Below are positions 1-10,398 of a stretch of DNA of 64,000 nucleotides, piece by piece. The notes beneath the pieces are model-generated. The model made no database searches, was not told the origin of the DNA, and saw only the letters and a program-made list of their open reading frames with translations. The stretch is from positions 26,351 through 90,350 of the forward strand of contig DAHXLX010000017.1 of NCBI GenBank assembly GCA_027365775.1, in the 5' to 3' direction. Both the position numbers and the translations under genes were made by a program. Within the stretch, counting starts at the first letter, position 1. The number at the start of each line of letters is the position of its first letter. This stretch comes from Candidatus Saccharimonadota bacterium. GTDB taxonomy: Bacteria; Patescibacteriota; Saccharimonadia; Saccharimonadales; UBA4665.

Positions 1-681
1 GGCCATGGTTTCAATATTGTCTCCGAGGTTTTCGCATTGGCCAATCAGGCTGGCATCGGAGTGTCAAGAGTGCTCATGCCCGACAGTCTTAGTCATACTA
101 TCGGAAAAATCTGGCCCGATTGTGAATTTGCGCCAAGCACCAAAAGCGGCGGCTTTGCCACTACCGCCTTAACCGAATGGCAAAACTTGGCCTCATGGGC
201 TGACGGCACACTAATCTGCGGCGATTTGGGTAGAAACAGTGAAACCGCGATTCTGCTTGACCGGTTTTTGGAAACTAATTCGGAGTTCGTCGCACTTTTC
301 GGCGACGCTTTGGACCTTGCCATTTCAACGCCGTTAAGTCTAATTAACCGAGGCAACTTGTTAATCGGACCCAGCTTGAGCCAGTTCCAGAAACTTTTGT
401 CGTCAATCCGTTATCCAACCGCTATCAAATCCAGCCTAAGCCTTGACCAACTAGCCGATCTGCTACATTCGCTGACATTGAACTATAAATTATCAATTGT
501 TTATGTCCACGAAGGAATTGTTTTTATCGCCGATGCCGGTCAGGTATCGTCAACGCCAACAACATACGATACGATCGGACGGACCATAACCGCAAGCACC
601 GTTTGGCGGCTGCAACAGCCAGCCAAACCATTCGAAGCAATGACTTCGGCTATCTATAAATTTGGACTTCAGGCGGCCTGA
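1..681 (+). CDS. hypothetical protein, 5' end outside the window (weak ribokinase-like / YjeF C-terminal-like pattern)
   Basis: Frame 1 is open from nt 1, with no stop before the listed Met at 37, to TGA at 679-681. There is weak resemblance (IVYVHEGIVFIADAG ... GRTITASTVWRLQQ..P.EAMTSAIY) to NAD(P)HX-dehydratase-type kinase folds; this is not diagnostic. Confidence 0.4.
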   Translation, partial: GHGFNIVSEVFALANQAGIGVSRVLMPDSLSHTIGKIWPDCEFAPSTKSGGFATTALTEWQNLASWADGTLICGDLGRNSETAILLDRFLETNSEFVALFGDALDLAISTPLSLINRGNLLIGPSLSQFQKLLSSIRYPTAIKSSLSLDQLADLLHSLTLNYKLSIVYVHEGIVFIADAGQVSSTPTTYDTIGRTITASTVWRLQQPAKPFEAMTSAIYKFGLQAA

Positions 682-1282
682 CTGGTTCTAAAGTGATTCT
701 TTTATCGCAGTTTGCACCAAGTCCGGCCACCGAGTCGAGACGGGCAAGAAGCTTTTTATCTTTGAAGTAACCGAAATTATCGCCGTACATCAAGGCTAAA
801 CTAACATGCGGCTTATAGCTGCCGTTACTGTTATAGTCATCTTTTAATGGAAAGTCGGCTGCCGAAAAACAAGATTCATACTCCAGCTCTTCATTAATCA
901 GCTCATCGCTGAAAATATCAATACCAAGCTTGGCTTTTAATTCGGAGCCGTAGACCGCTAATCTGCCCAAAACGACCTCGAGCGGCATCTTTGTGGATGT
1001 TATTTTTTCGCTAATTGAGGCCGTAGACGGTCCAATACCGCGGTGACGTTTATCGAAACGGGAAAAACCGATAACCGTTACACCAAGCATATGGGCATCA
1101 AATAACCGCCCGACATTGTGTAGTTCAGGCAAAAGCTTGACTTCAATTGACTGCATCAGAGACAAACTAGCCGGAGAGATTTTGCGCCGGACTGCATATA
1201 CACCATTTAAATTAGCTCGTCGGATAATGTTTGCCTTGGCGGTTCGGTCGCTTGACCGGTTGTTCCGGGGACTCATAGCCAT
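650..1282 (-). CDS. hypothetical protein (possible 2H-phosphoesterase-like; weak)
   Basis: A 210-aa ORF convergent with the previous CDS. Only one clear H-x-S/T-x motif (KPHVSLAL) is present and the second motif is not convincing. Confidence 0.4.
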   Translation of the reverse strand: MAMSPRNNRSSDRTAKANIIRRANLNGVYAVRRKISPASLSLMQSIEVKLLPELHNVGRLFDAHMLGVTVIGFSRFDKRHRGIGPSTASISEKITSTKMPLEVVLGRLAVYGSELKAKLGIDIFSDELINEELEYESCFSAADFPLKDDYNSNGSYKPHVSLALMYGDNFGYFKDKKLLARLDSVAGLGANCDKRITLEPVRPPEVQIYR

Positions 1283-1438
1283 GCCATCCAGCTATTGATA
1301 TTGTCGACGGTCTTAGGTTCAGTTCGAACAACCCAAACCATTTCCCAGCTCCTTTTGTTTTTGGCTTTTAGGTTTAGCCATTCATAAGTCAATCATAACC
1401 ACTAAAGCTTATGCTTGTAAAGACCGATTTAATGCTGC

Positions 1439-1524
1439 TGGTGCCGGAAGAGGGAATCGAACCCTCAATCCAAAAAGGAACACGATTTTGAGTCGTGCGC
1501 GTATACCAATTCCGCCATTCCGGC
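1439..1524 (-). tRNA. tRNA-Leu (anticodon CAA), class II with long variable arm, CCA encoded
   Basis: The reverse complement folds by hand. Acceptor stem is GCCGGAA/TTCCGGC. Anticodon stem is CACGA/TCGTG with loop CTCAAAA. The variable arm is TCC-TTTTT-GGA. The T-arm is GAGGG-TTCGATT-CCCTC, followed by a terminal ACCA. Confidence 0.9.
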
Positions 1525-1604
1525 ACGCTATGAATTTTAAGGATCCAGGAGTCTTAATTGTACTATACTTGAGAAGTAAAGGGCATTGGCCCTGATGAAG
1601 GATT

Positions 1605-2975
1605 ATGGCAAACAATATACACGACAATCATGATAACTCAATTCCGCAAACGCCGGGTACTATTGTCTCTGCACCGCAAAATCTGGCCATAAATCTTGTC
1701 CGACAAAAAATCAACGCATTGTATGAAACCGAACCGGATGCCCAAACCGAAGCAAACGAAGTGGCAATTGAAACACGCCGGAGCAAACACCAGCAGGTCA
1801 TGTATGAATTGATGACCTCCGGTAAGGATCTCGCCAAAATCCAGACCGAATGGCATGAGTATTACCAGGGGCTATCAAACGAAGACAAAAAACAAGTCTG
1901 GCAGGAATTCTATAACAGCAATAAGAATGCCGTCCATCAGGCTCAAGCTGAAGCGGCCAAGAAACTGGATGACCAAGCAGCAAGCGAAACCGCGTCGAAA
2001 GTACGTCAAGCAATAGACAAACCGCAAGGCAGGCAGGCACAGAAGCTGGCGCAACATGTACATGAACGGGCCAACAAACGGCCTAGAACGAATAACAAGA
2101 ATTCAACAGTTACGGCGATTAGAAACAATCTTCGTACCAAGGCGGCAGCGTCACCGAAGCTTACCTGGAAGCACCACCTGCAATCAGCACTGTTCGGATT
2201 GGGAATGGGCGCAATCGTCGTATTCATTCTGCTGTTCGGATTCTTCAACGAAGTCATTATTGCACCCTTTATTCAACCCAGTCGAAATGATACGGCAACG
2301 CCAATAATTCTAAGCAATGCCACAGTTGCCCCCAGCCCAACACCGGAGGTCATTATACCTAAGATTAATGTCGAGATCCCGGTGGACTACAACGCTACAT
2401 CCACCAATGAAAATGTAATTGAAAATGATTTGAACGGGGGAGTTGTCCATTATCCGACCACATCTTATCCGGGCCAAACCGGTAACGCGGCTTATTTCGG
2501 ACACTCGTCAAATAATATTTTTAACCCCGGCAAGTATAAATTTGCATTCGTGTTACTGCACGATCTGGTTGCCGGTGATGTGTTTTATCTGACTTATAAT
2601 GATAAAGTCTACGCCTATAAAGTGTTCTCAACTACGGTTGTCAGTCCGAACGATGTCAGCGTTCTCGATCCGATTACCGGACATGCCGCTACTGCCACCC
2701 TTATAACTTGCGACCCGCCGGGAACCAGCATTAATCGTTTGGTTGTGGTTGGCGATCAAATAAGCCCAAGTCCAAGCAGCGATACCGCCCCCGCCAATCC
2801 AATTACTACCGCTAATACCACATCACAACTGCCCGGCAATGGACCGACCTTATGGCACCGCTTCTTCTCGACAATTTATGGAAAGCTGCTGACCATTGCG
2901 CTTATCGGTGTCGTCGGGTGGTTGATTTGGCGCTGGTATGCCAAAGAATTTAAGCGACCCGCTAAGACGCAATAA
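1605..2975 (+). CDS. sortase family transpeptidase with long N-terminal extension
   Basis: The C-terminal half carries the catalytic His region (YFGHSSNNIF) and the TLITC motif (ATLITCDPPGT). A TM segment lies near residue 200 and a second at the C-terminus. The ~190-aa N-terminal region is hydrophilic. Confidence 0.85.
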   Translation: MANNIHDNHDNSIPQTPGTIVSAPQNLAINLVRQKINALYETEPDAQTEANEVAIETRRSKHQQVMYELMTSGKDLAKIQTEWHEYYQGLSNEDKKQVWQEFYNSNKNAVHQAQAEAAKKLDDQAASETASKVRQAIDKPQGRQAQKLAQHVHERANKRPRTNNKNSTVTAIRNNLRTKAAASPKLTWKHHLQSALFGLGMGAIVVFILLFGFFNEVIIAPFIQPSRNDTATPIILSNATVAPSPTPEVIIPKINVEIPVDYNATSTNENVIENDLNGGVVHYPTTSYPGQTGNAAYFGHSSNNIFNPGKYKFAFVLLHDLVAGDVFYLTYNDKVYAYKVFSTTVVSPNDVSVLDPITGHAATATLITCDPPGTSINRLVVVGDQISPSPSSDTAPANPITTANTTSQLPGNGPTLWHRFFSTIYGKLLTIALIGVVGWLIWRWYAKEFKRPAKTQ

Positions 2976-4425
2976 GAGATACCTGATTTAAGTCAACGAT
3001 ACCATTGGCGGCCTGACTAAACGTAAAATACGAATGATAATCAGGAGCGAAGAACGGCTTGTACGCCGGTAAAGCCGGGGTCAAGGTTTGATGATTAGTG
3101 TCATCATAGTCGGTGACCATAAGTTTGCCGCCACTGACATAGTCAAGCCGGTCGCCATCCATCCAGTTCACATGAGTCTGGGGACCATCTAAAGGTTGGG
3201 TAGTCAAGTAGTGATATGCAGAGTCACCATAAATGTCATATATCGCAAAATTATTGCCATTTTCTGCCAGGATAAACTGAGCGGTCGGCGCAAAAGAAAG
3301 ATAGGTCGGATCAACAATTTTAATTGCTCGGAAGGCTGAAATCGCCGGTTGAGTCGAAGACGCTATTTGAAGATTAGGATTCAGATAAATATAGACGTAA
3401 CTATCGGCGCTATCGGCTATAGCGGCATAAAGATTGCCATTGTATCCTGCCATGTCCAACAGGTAAGTCGTCGCCTGAGGCATATAACGTACGAAATAAT
3501 CTTTGCCGCTAACATCTAACATAACCTTGACCTGTCCGGCTGGTGCGCCACCCTGAGTAACGAATAAAAGCTCGTTCGAACCGTAACTCTTATATGCCAG
3601 AACGCCTGTTTCAATCTGAGTCGGGGTTGGATTGCCGATTATTGCCGTGGACAGTGTCTGGGTTGAAGAATCATAAAAATAAAACTGGTTATATTTAAGA
3701 TTATTAAAGCTGACCGAAGTCGGATTAACGTTAAAGTTACGGTTTAAATTAATCGATTGATTCGGGTTCTGAGTGTCCAACTCAATAAATTCCTGATTGC
3801 CGTCATAGATATGGTCCAGCAACAGGTGTTGGTTGTCGTCCGCCCAGCCGATGACTTGCCAACTCTGGCTGATTTGCGCCGGACTTAAAAGTCCGGCCGG
3901 TAAGCTTAACGTAGTCGGCGTGGCCGTCGGGTCGGTTAGATTATAGAGGTAAAAACTGCCGAAACTGCCGGGTACCGATACCACCAGATACTGCTGGCCC
4001 GGGCTTTGGGTCGCGACTTCCGGAGCACCGTTAAACTTTGCAATGTTAATAGAATGTAATTTGGTTGGAAAGAGCAGCGGATAGTCATAATGAATGACCG
4101 TGCCACCAAAGACTGTTATCACGTGTTTCCACGGCCGATAGCCGGGAGCGGTTAATTTAAACTTATAAACACCCGAGGGGATAGTTAAGCGAGTATTGGT
4201 TGTTGCAGCATTTAAGACACCATTTATATATATCGAAGCCGGATTGGGTTGGCTGGACAAAAAAATCATACCATTCTGTATTACTTTGCCGTTCTTGACA
4301 CCGTAACCGTATGCTTGCCAGAGCAAGATAACACAGGTGAAGGCAATGGCTATGGCCACGAGCGAATAGCCTGTCCACAGGAAAAGACGATAGCGTCGCT
4401 GCTTCTTGGGGTCTAAATATTCCAT
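2962..4425 (-). CDS. PEGA domain-containing membrane-anchored protein
   Basis: An N-terminal TM is followed by a PEGA-type module (SQPNPASIYINGV...TIPSGVYKFKLTAPGYRPWKHVITV), then a large beta-rich extracellular region. Confidence 0.7.
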   Translation of the reverse strand: MEYLDPKKQRRYRLFLWTGYSLVAIAIAFTCVILLWQAYGYGVKNGKVIQNGMIFLSSQPNPASIYINGVLNAATTNTRLTIPSGVYKFKLTAPGYRPWKHVITVFGGTVIHYDYPLLFPTKLHSINIAKFNGAPEVATQSPGQQYLVVSVPGSFGSFYLYNLTDPTATPTTLSLPAGLLSPAQISQSWQVIGWADDNQHLLLDHIYDGNQEFIELDTQNPNQSINLNRNFNVNPTSVSFNNLKYNQFYFYDSSTQTLSTAIIGNPTPTQIETGVLAYKSYGSNELLFVTQGGAPAGQVKVMLDVSGKDYFVRYMPQATTYLLDMAGYNGNLYAAIADSADSYVYIYLNPNLQIASSTQPAISAFRAIKIVDPTYLSFAPTAQFILAENGNNFAIYDIYGDSAYHYLTTQPLDGPQTHVNWMDGDRLDYVSGGKLMVTDYDDTNHQTLTPALPAYKPFFAPDYHSYFTFSQAANGIVDLNQVSLIAS

Positions 4426-4594
4426 GTCATATATAAAATAAATCTTATATTGGTACCAAAGTTACATTAAGAGTAATCAAAATCCCAAAACTTAACCTTA
4501 ATTTTAGATACACTTGCAGGTTAGTACAAGTAGGATTAAGATGGACTCAACGAATCGTTTTGGTTATGCTAAAACAATTATCAAGAGAAGCTAA

Positions 4595-5644
4595 GTGGAT
4601 AAGAAACTGAGGGCAACCATTAATCTAAACGGCAAGCGCTATAACGCCATAACCGGACAACAGCTCGCGGCCAGCTCATACAAAATGGCAAACATAGATG
4701 GCATATTAAAACGTCCCGCACACAAAAATTATTCAGCTGTTGATTCAACGGTACCTAACGGTCAAAAAAAATCAAACCGTATCGCCCAACATAACATCAA
4801 ACGACCGTCTTCAGCTAAAACACTAATGCGTAATAGTGTTAAGAAACCTGCCAAGAACAAACCATTAATCGCCAAGGTCAATCAGGAACTGACCGTTAAC
4901 AAGTCTGACCTGATAAAGACTTCACCGATGTTCGGCAAGATTGATCATCGACTAGCCAGTCGAGCCAAGGCAATTAAACTTAACAGCAACATAAGCCGGT
5001 TCGGAAGTGAAGTAAAGAATATATCCGGCAGTTTCAATCCATATCGACCGCCACGGCAACAACTAGAACCGCCAATAACCCAGACCAAACGAAAGCCGGA
5101 TATTTTCGAAGCTGCAATAGAGAGAGCCACCAGCCATGAACTACCGCCCTTAACCAAAAAGGAGCTCAAGGCTTTAAACGGTCAAACACCATCAAGCAGA
5201 AGTAAGCTTTTTTATGGTATGTTCGTGCTGCTACTCATAGCGGTTGGCGGTTATGGACTATATGCAAACATGCCCACGGTGATGGTAAAATTTGCCGACA
5301 TGCGCGCCGGTTTTGATGCCAGTTTACCAAGCCACCGACCAGCCGGATACAACTTGGCGTCGGTCGATTATGGTCCGGGCACGGTAAAGCTCAACTATCG
5401 GAACAAAAACCACAGCTTCACATTGACGGAGCATTCATCTAACTGGGATAGTGTCACGCTAGTCAGCAGTGTTATTGCACCAACTCACGGATCTGGGTAC
5501 AAACAGATATCGGTCGCCGGTCAAACCGTCTACCTATATGGACATAACCAAGCGACATGGGTATCGAGCGGTATACTGTATCAGGTTCAGGGCAGGGGCG
5601 GCCTAACCGCCAATCAAATAGCTAAGCTTGCCGCCTCACTTTAG
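4595..5644 (+). CDS. hypothetical single-pass membrane protein (C-terminal DUF4367-like pattern)
   Basis: GTG start, basic N-terminal region and a central TM (LFYGMFVLLLIAVGGYGLY). The C-terminal ~130 aa end in ...WVSSGILYQVQGRGGLTANQIAKLAASL, resembling anti-sigma-associated DUF4367 domains. The assignment is from memory. Confidence 0.5.
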   Translation: MDKKLRATINLNGKRYNAITGQQLAASSYKMANIDGILKRPAHKNYSAVDSTVPNGQKKSNRIAQHNIKRPSSAKTLMRNSVKKPAKNKPLIAKVNQELTVNKSDLIKTSPMFGKIDHRLASRAKAIKLNSNISRFGSEVKNISGSFNPYRPPRQQLEPPITQTKRKPDIFEAAIERATSHELPPLTKKELKALNGQTPSSRSKLFYGMFVLLLIAVGGYGLYANMPTVMVKFADMRAGFDASLPSHRPAGYNLASVDYGPGTVKLNYRNKNHSFTLTEHSSNWDSVTLVSSVIAPTHGSGYKQISVAGQTVYLYGHNQATWVSSGILYQVQGRGGLTANQIAKLAASL

Positions 5645-5681
5645 TTGCCCGGTAATTGTTTTTAGTATTTACTTAGTACCG

Positions 5682-7109
5682 ATGAATGAAGTCAGAACAC
5701 GTTTCGCCCCCAGTCCGACCGGTTATTTACATGTCGGCGGAGTCAGGGCAGCTTTATTTCCGTGGTTGGTCGCCAGACATTACAACGGTAAATTTATATT
5801 AAGGATAGAAGACACCGACCGCGCCCGAGAAGTTGGCGGTTCTGTGGATATTATCAAGCAATCACTCGAGTGGCTTGGTATTCTTTGGGATGAGGGCCCT
5901 GGTGTCGGCGGCGCGTACGGTCCATATTTCCAAACACAGCGAACGCAATATTATCATCAATGGGCCATGCGTCTGCTGGACAGCGGCCGAGCATACGCCG
6001 ATATTAGACAGCCGGGCGAACTGGAACAATTGCGTGCCGATGCCCAAACCAAACATAAACCGTTTTTGATAAGGGATTACCGGCCGGCAAATCCGCCAAG
6101 CTGGAAACCAGGTATGCCGTTAAGGTTCAAATCTGAACCGCAAGCCTACAGCTGGCACGATGAAATTATGGGTGATCTTACGGCCGGCAAAGACGCAGTA
6201 GATGATTTTATTCTGCTGAAGTCAGACGGCTTGCCAACGTACAATTTCGGACATATCGTCGACGATCAGGAGATGCACATCACCCACGTTATCCGCGGCC
6301 TGGAGTATATCGCATCTATGCCCAAATACCTTAACTTGTATGAGGCATTAGGGTTTAATAAACCGCTATTTGCCCATATGCCGCATATTATGGGCCCGGA
6401 CGGCAAAAAGAAACTCAGTAAACGTGACGGTGCTAAAAGCGTTCTGGATTATAAGCAAGAGGGTTTCCTGCCTGAGGCAATGGTAAATTTCCTGGCATTA
6501 CTGGGTTGGAATCCGGGTGACGGCCGGGAAATGTTTAGCCTCGATGAAATGGTTGATAGCTTCAGCCTGGATCGGGTTCAACATAGCGGCGCACGGTTTG
6601 ATGAACGACGGTTGATCTGGATGAATGGCAGTTATATTCGTTTACTAAGTCTGGATGAGCTTTATGATCGGTGCGCCCAATATTGGCCCGTCGAAGCCAA
6701 AGGCTACGATAAAACATACAAGAAACAAGTACTGAAACTGTTACAGGAACGGCTCAAATACTTATCCGAGTTACCCGAACTCAGTCGTTCGTTTTTCGTC
6801 GACTTGCCACTTAATCCTAAGTTAATTTCCACCCATAAACAACTTGCTAAGTACGACAATCAATCACTTAAGCGGCTACTCGAAACCAGCTTAGTAGATC
6901 TAAAGGATTGTGATTTTAGCGTTGACAAGTTGAATGATCGGCTAAATGGATTGCTGGCAAAAACCGGCGAGCCGCCGGCGGTACTATTCAGTCTGATCAG
7001 GATCGCCACCACCCAGGCTCAAGCCAGCCCGCCTCTGGCGGAAAGCCTAGCCGTTATCGGCAAAGAACGGACATTGAAACGGATCGTCCGTCAAATTGAG
7101 ACTTTATAG
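5682..7109 (+). CDS. gltX: glutamate--tRNA ligase
   Basis: The N-terminus RTRFAPSPTGYLHVGGVRAALF contains the HIGH motif, and KLSKRDG is the KMSKS motif. I place the start at ATG 5682 (MNEVRTRF) rather than the ORF-track 5628, which overlaps the upstream CDS. Confidence 0.92.
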   Translation: MNEVRTRFAPSPTGYLHVGGVRAALFPWLVARHYNGKFILRIEDTDRAREVGGSVDIIKQSLEWLGILWDEGPGVGGAYGPYFQTQRTQYYHQWAMRLLDSGRAYADIRQPGELEQLRADAQTKHKPFLIRDYRPANPPSWKPGMPLRFKSEPQAYSWHDEIMGDLTAGKDAVDDFILLKSDGLPTYNFGHIVDDQEMHITHVIRGLEYIASMPKYLNLYEALGFNKPLFAHMPHIMGPDGKKKLSKRDGAKSVLDYKQEGFLPEAMVNFLALLGWNPGDGREMFSLDEMVDSFSLDRVQHSGARFDERRLIWMNGSYIRLLSLDELYDRCAQYWPVEAKGYDKTYKKQVLKLLQERLKYLSELPELSRSFFVDLPLNPKLISTHKQLAKYDNQSLKRLLETSLVDLKDCDFSVDKLNDRLNGLLAKTGEPPAVLFSLIRIATTQAQASPPLAESLAVIGKERTLKRIVRQIETL

Positions 7110-7144
7110 ACAATCAACAGATGATTCCGTGTTAGAATTAGCAT

Positions 7145-8389
7145 ATGCAAGATGACATCCGCTCTGTGCCGTCAACGCCTCAAGCGGACCCGCCACCACC
7201 ACACGTAACCAGTCACGGTTTCAAAACACCGGAAGAAGTAGCGGCTCACGATGATGACATTATCGACATGTCGCAGGAGGATAAGCCAGACCGGCCACTA
7301 ATGATAAAACCTAAACCAAAACATAAGTTCTGGCCACCGACACGTAAACAGTTAATTATCGGCGGTGCGGTTATTGTTGTCATAATCGCCGCGGCAATCG
7401 GCGGTTATTCGGCTCTCAGTCATCACAAGCATACGCTAGTATCAAACATTCCGAAGCCCAAACATATCCAAAAGGTCGCTCCAAAACCAACCACCATAGC
7501 TTCAACCCTTACCGGCCTACCGGTTAACCCGTCTGCTAACCAGCGACCTATTACTGCAGTAATGATTGAGAATACGCCTTATGCCAGACCGCAATCAGGT
7601 CTTAGTCAGGCTGGGGTGGTAATCGAAGCGCTTACCGAAGGCGGTATTTCCAGATTTATGGCATTATTTCAGGACCAATTGCCAACCAGTGTCGGACCGG
7701 TACGTTCGGTCAGGCCGTACTTCCTGGACTGGGCGCTAGGTTTCGATGCCCCGCTAGCCCATGACGGCGGCAGCCCCTTGGCATTATCGGAAATTGGCCC
7801 GTTGGGCATTAAAGACTTGAATCAAATGTATAATCCCGGACCATACACCCGTATTTCCAGCCGGCCGTCACCGCATAATCTATACGCCAGTCTGCCGGCG
7901 CTTGTTAGCCTTGAAGCCAGCAAAGGCTGGACTTCCAGTAATTTCACCGGGTGGCCACGGAAACCTGATCAACCGTCCAAAGATCCCAATGCCACCAATA
8001 TCAGCTTCGATCTGTCATATTCTACTTACAACGTAAACTACAGCTATGATTCATCTACCAACAGCTATAACCGATATGTCGGCGGAGCGCCGCAAATCGA
8101 TGCCAATACTAACAGCCAGTTAAGTCCCAAAGTCGTAATCGGTATGGTAGTGCCTTGGAGTGAGGGACCGCTTGACACTTCTGGTGCATACTATTCCGTA
8201 TATCAGACCACCGGTAGCGGCCAGGCGTACGTCTTTCAAGATGGTACGTTAACTCTTGGCCAATGGAATAAACCAACGCCGCAGTCTCCGCTATCTTTCA
8301 CTACCTCCAGCGGGCAACCATTGAAACTTAACGCCGGCCAGACCTGGATAACAGCAATCGCTTCCAATCAGGACGTATCATATAACTAA
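7145..8389 (+). CDS. DUF3048 (YerB-like) domain-containing membrane-anchored protein
   Basis: A TM anchor is followed by ITAVMIENTPYARPQSGLSQAGVVIEALTEGGISRFMALF and VRSVRPYFLDWA, which is characteristic of the DUF3048 family. Confidence 0.72.
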   Translation: MQDDIRSVPSTPQADPPPPHVTSHGFKTPEEVAAHDDDIIDMSQEDKPDRPLMIKPKPKHKFWPPTRKQLIIGGAVIVVIIAAAIGGYSALSHHKHTLVSNIPKPKHIQKVAPKPTTIASTLTGLPVNPSANQRPITAVMIENTPYARPQSGLSQAGVVIEALTEGGISRFMALFQDQLPTSVGPVRSVRPYFLDWALGFDAPLAHDGGSPLALSEIGPLGIKDLNQMYNPGPYTRISSRPSPHNLYASLPALVSLEASKGWTSSNFTGWPRKPDQPSKDPNATNISFDLSYSTYNVNYSYDSSTNSYNRYVGGAPQIDANTNSQLSPKVVIGMVVPWSEGPLDTSGAYYSVYQTTGSGQAYVFQDGTLTLGQWNKPTPQSPLSFTTSSGQPLKLNAGQTWITAIASNQDVSYN

Positions 8390-8407
8390 ACATAAGATGG
8401 TGGGACA

Positions 8408-9949
8408 GTGGATTATCTAAGTAGAACCAAACGACAGTACTGGATCGTCTTGTTCGTATGTTTCTTAATTTATAACGCCCTAATCGTTGGTCTGTGGTTA
8501 TTGCTTCACTCGCTTGGCTCACATTTCCATGTCGCAAACGATATTGCGCTGCTAATTTGTAGCGTTTTTGGATTGCTGTTGATGATAGTCTTCAGCTCGA
8601 TAATCAGCAAGTATCTGATCGAACCATTGAAAGCCATCTGGCAACTTATTCTCCATATCAGCCCAAGCGGTGTTGCTGTCCCGGCGCCTAATATCGATTC
8701 GCTCAAAACCGGACGCGAACTTGTTGCCAATTTAGCCATGCAAGTCTATCAGCTGACCGCGGTTGCCGGCCAGTATGGCACTAAAGCAGCCGACAGCGAA
8801 TTAAACAACAACTTCGTCGCCAATAAATTGCCCTTGCCACTGTTTATCCTCGATTCCGGGGAAACAATCATCTACGCCAACATCGCAGCCAGTGATTATA
8901 TCGGCACGCCAGTCAAAGACTTAACCGGTAAGAACTTTTATATGGTTATGGACATGTCGTTTCCGAGCGAAAGCACTTTGGATAAATGGCTTAAAGATGT
9001 TAAGGCCAACACCGCTACCGCAAGTATGAGCTGGGAAAGGGTACGCTTAAACGTACTGGATAACCATCCGACTCGGCTGTTCGATCTGGCAGCTTTTTAT
9101 AATAAAGATAATCCCCAAAATTATGAAACCATGTTGGTATTGTTCGATCACACCAAACAGTATTCTCAAGATGATCAGGCTGTTAGCTTCGTCGCCTTAA
9201 GCGTACATGAACTAAGGACACCACTGACACTACTTCGCGGTTATATCGAAGCGTTTGAAGAAGAACTGGGTAATGAAATGAATCCGGACCTTAAAGACTT
9301 TATGCAAAAAATGGGGGCAACGGCTCAACAGTTGAACGCATTTGTAAATAATATTCTAAACGTTGCCAGAGTCGACAATGACCAACTGCAACTCTCACTC
9401 CATGAAGAGAAATGGGACAGCATCGTAGAGTCGGCAATCACTAACATTGCATTACGTGCTAAAGTCAGGGGCATAAAACTCGAGTCACATATCGAACCAG
9501 GCCTGCCAACAGTCGGCGTAGATAGATTAAGCATTTACGAAGTACTTAATAACTTAATCGATAACGCAATCAAGTACAGCAACGACTCAAAAGTCATTAA
9601 AATAGATGCCCATTTGACGCATGAAGGCATGATAGAAACGACAGTACAAGACTTTGGTGTTGGTATCAGTCCAAACATAATGTCTAACCTGTTCACAAAA
9701 TTCTACCGTGATCATCGCAACCGGTCTCAGATCGGTGGCACGGGTCTAGGCTTGTATTTGAGTAAAGCTATCGTCAGTGCCCACGGCGGTAATATTTGGG
9801 TCAGATCGACACTCGGACAGGGAAGCATTTTCGGTTTCACCCTTAAACCATATACAATGCTTGCCGAAGAAATTAAAAACAGTGATAATAAAGATATTGT
9901 CCGTGGAGCACACGGCTGGATTAAAAACCACTCACTATACAGGAGATAA
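8408..9949 (+). CDS. sensor histidine kinase (TM + PAS-like + HisKA + HATPase_c)
   Basis: H-box LSVHELRTPLTLLRGYIE, N-box LNNLIDNAIKYS, G-boxes QDFGVGI and GGTGLGLYLSKAIVSAHGG. GTG start. Confidence 0.86.
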   Translation: MDYLSRTKRQYWIVLFVCFLIYNALIVGLWLLLHSLGSHFHVANDIALLICSVFGLLLMIVFSSIISKYLIEPLKAIWQLILHISPSGVAVPAPNIDSLKTGRELVANLAMQVYQLTAVAGQYGTKAADSELNNNFVANKLPLPLFILDSGETIIYANIAASDYIGTPVKDLTGKNFYMVMDMSFPSESTLDKWLKDVKANTATASMSWERVRLNVLDNHPTRLFDLAAFYNKDNPQNYETMLVLFDHTKQYSQDDQAVSFVALSVHELRTPLTLLRGYIEAFEEELGNEMNPDLKDFMQKMGATAQQLNAFVNNILNVARVDNDQLQLSLHEEKWDSIVESAITNIALRAKVRGIKLESHIEPGLPTVGVDRLSIYEVLNNLIDNAIKYSNDSKVIKIDAHLTHEGMIETTVQDFGVGISPNIMSNLFTKFYRDHRNRSQIGGTGLGLYLSKAIVSAHGGNIWVRSTLGQGSIFGFTLKPYTMLAEEIKNSDNKDIVRGAHGWIKNHSLYRR

Positions 9950-9953
9950 AAAA

Positions 9954-10358
9954 ATGGATCCCAAAGAGCCCGTAGGGGCCAAACAACCTCACAAAAAAGT
10001 CCTATGTATTGAAGACGAGCACTTTATCGGTGAACTCTACCAACGGGCACTAGGCAATGCCGGATACGATACGATTTTAGAAGTTGATGGCGTGAAAGGG
10101 TTGCAATTAGCCCAGACCGATGAATTTGATATCATACTACTTGACTTGATGGTACCAAACCTAACCGGTATAGAAATCTTGAGAGCACTACGTGATCCGA
10201 CTAAGACACCCCACCTCAAAGCTAAAATAATCATTACCACCAATTTAGAACAGCGCGAAGACGTCAAAGAGGATATTGAAAAACAGGCCGATGGATATAT
10301 CGTCAAGGCCGAAATGACTCCCAAAGAGCTGGTTGAATTCCTGACCAATATCGCTTAG
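9954..10358 (+). CDS. response regulator, receiver domain only
   Basis: ATG at 9954 is preceded by AGGAG at 9941-9945. It carries EDE, the acceptor Asp in ILLDLMVPNLTG, plus TT and K(A) motifs. At ~134 aa it has no output domain. The ORF-track extension to 9777 overlaps the kinase and is rejected. Confidence 0.85.
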   Translation: MDPKEPVGAKQPHKKVLCIEDEHFIGELYQRALGNAGYDTILEVDGVKGLQLAQTDEFDIILLDLMVPNLTGIEILRALRDPTKTPHLKAKIIITTNLEQREDVKEDIEKQADGYIVKAEMTPKELVEFLTNIA

Positions 10359-10398
10359 TGTAATTAGGTTAGGAGTTCTAAAGACTCAAAGGAATGTT

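Noticed and set aside
5628-5681. The ORF-track start of gltX at 5628.
   Set aside because: The extension (MPPHFSCPVIVFSIYLVP) overlaps the upstream CDS and is hydrophobic. The conserved GluRS N-terminus begins at the ATG at 5682.
9777-9953. The upstream extension of the response-regulator ORF.
   Set aside because: It lies entirely within the 3' end of the histidine kinase in another frame. An ATG at 9954 with an AGGAG SD gives a normal receiver N-terminus.
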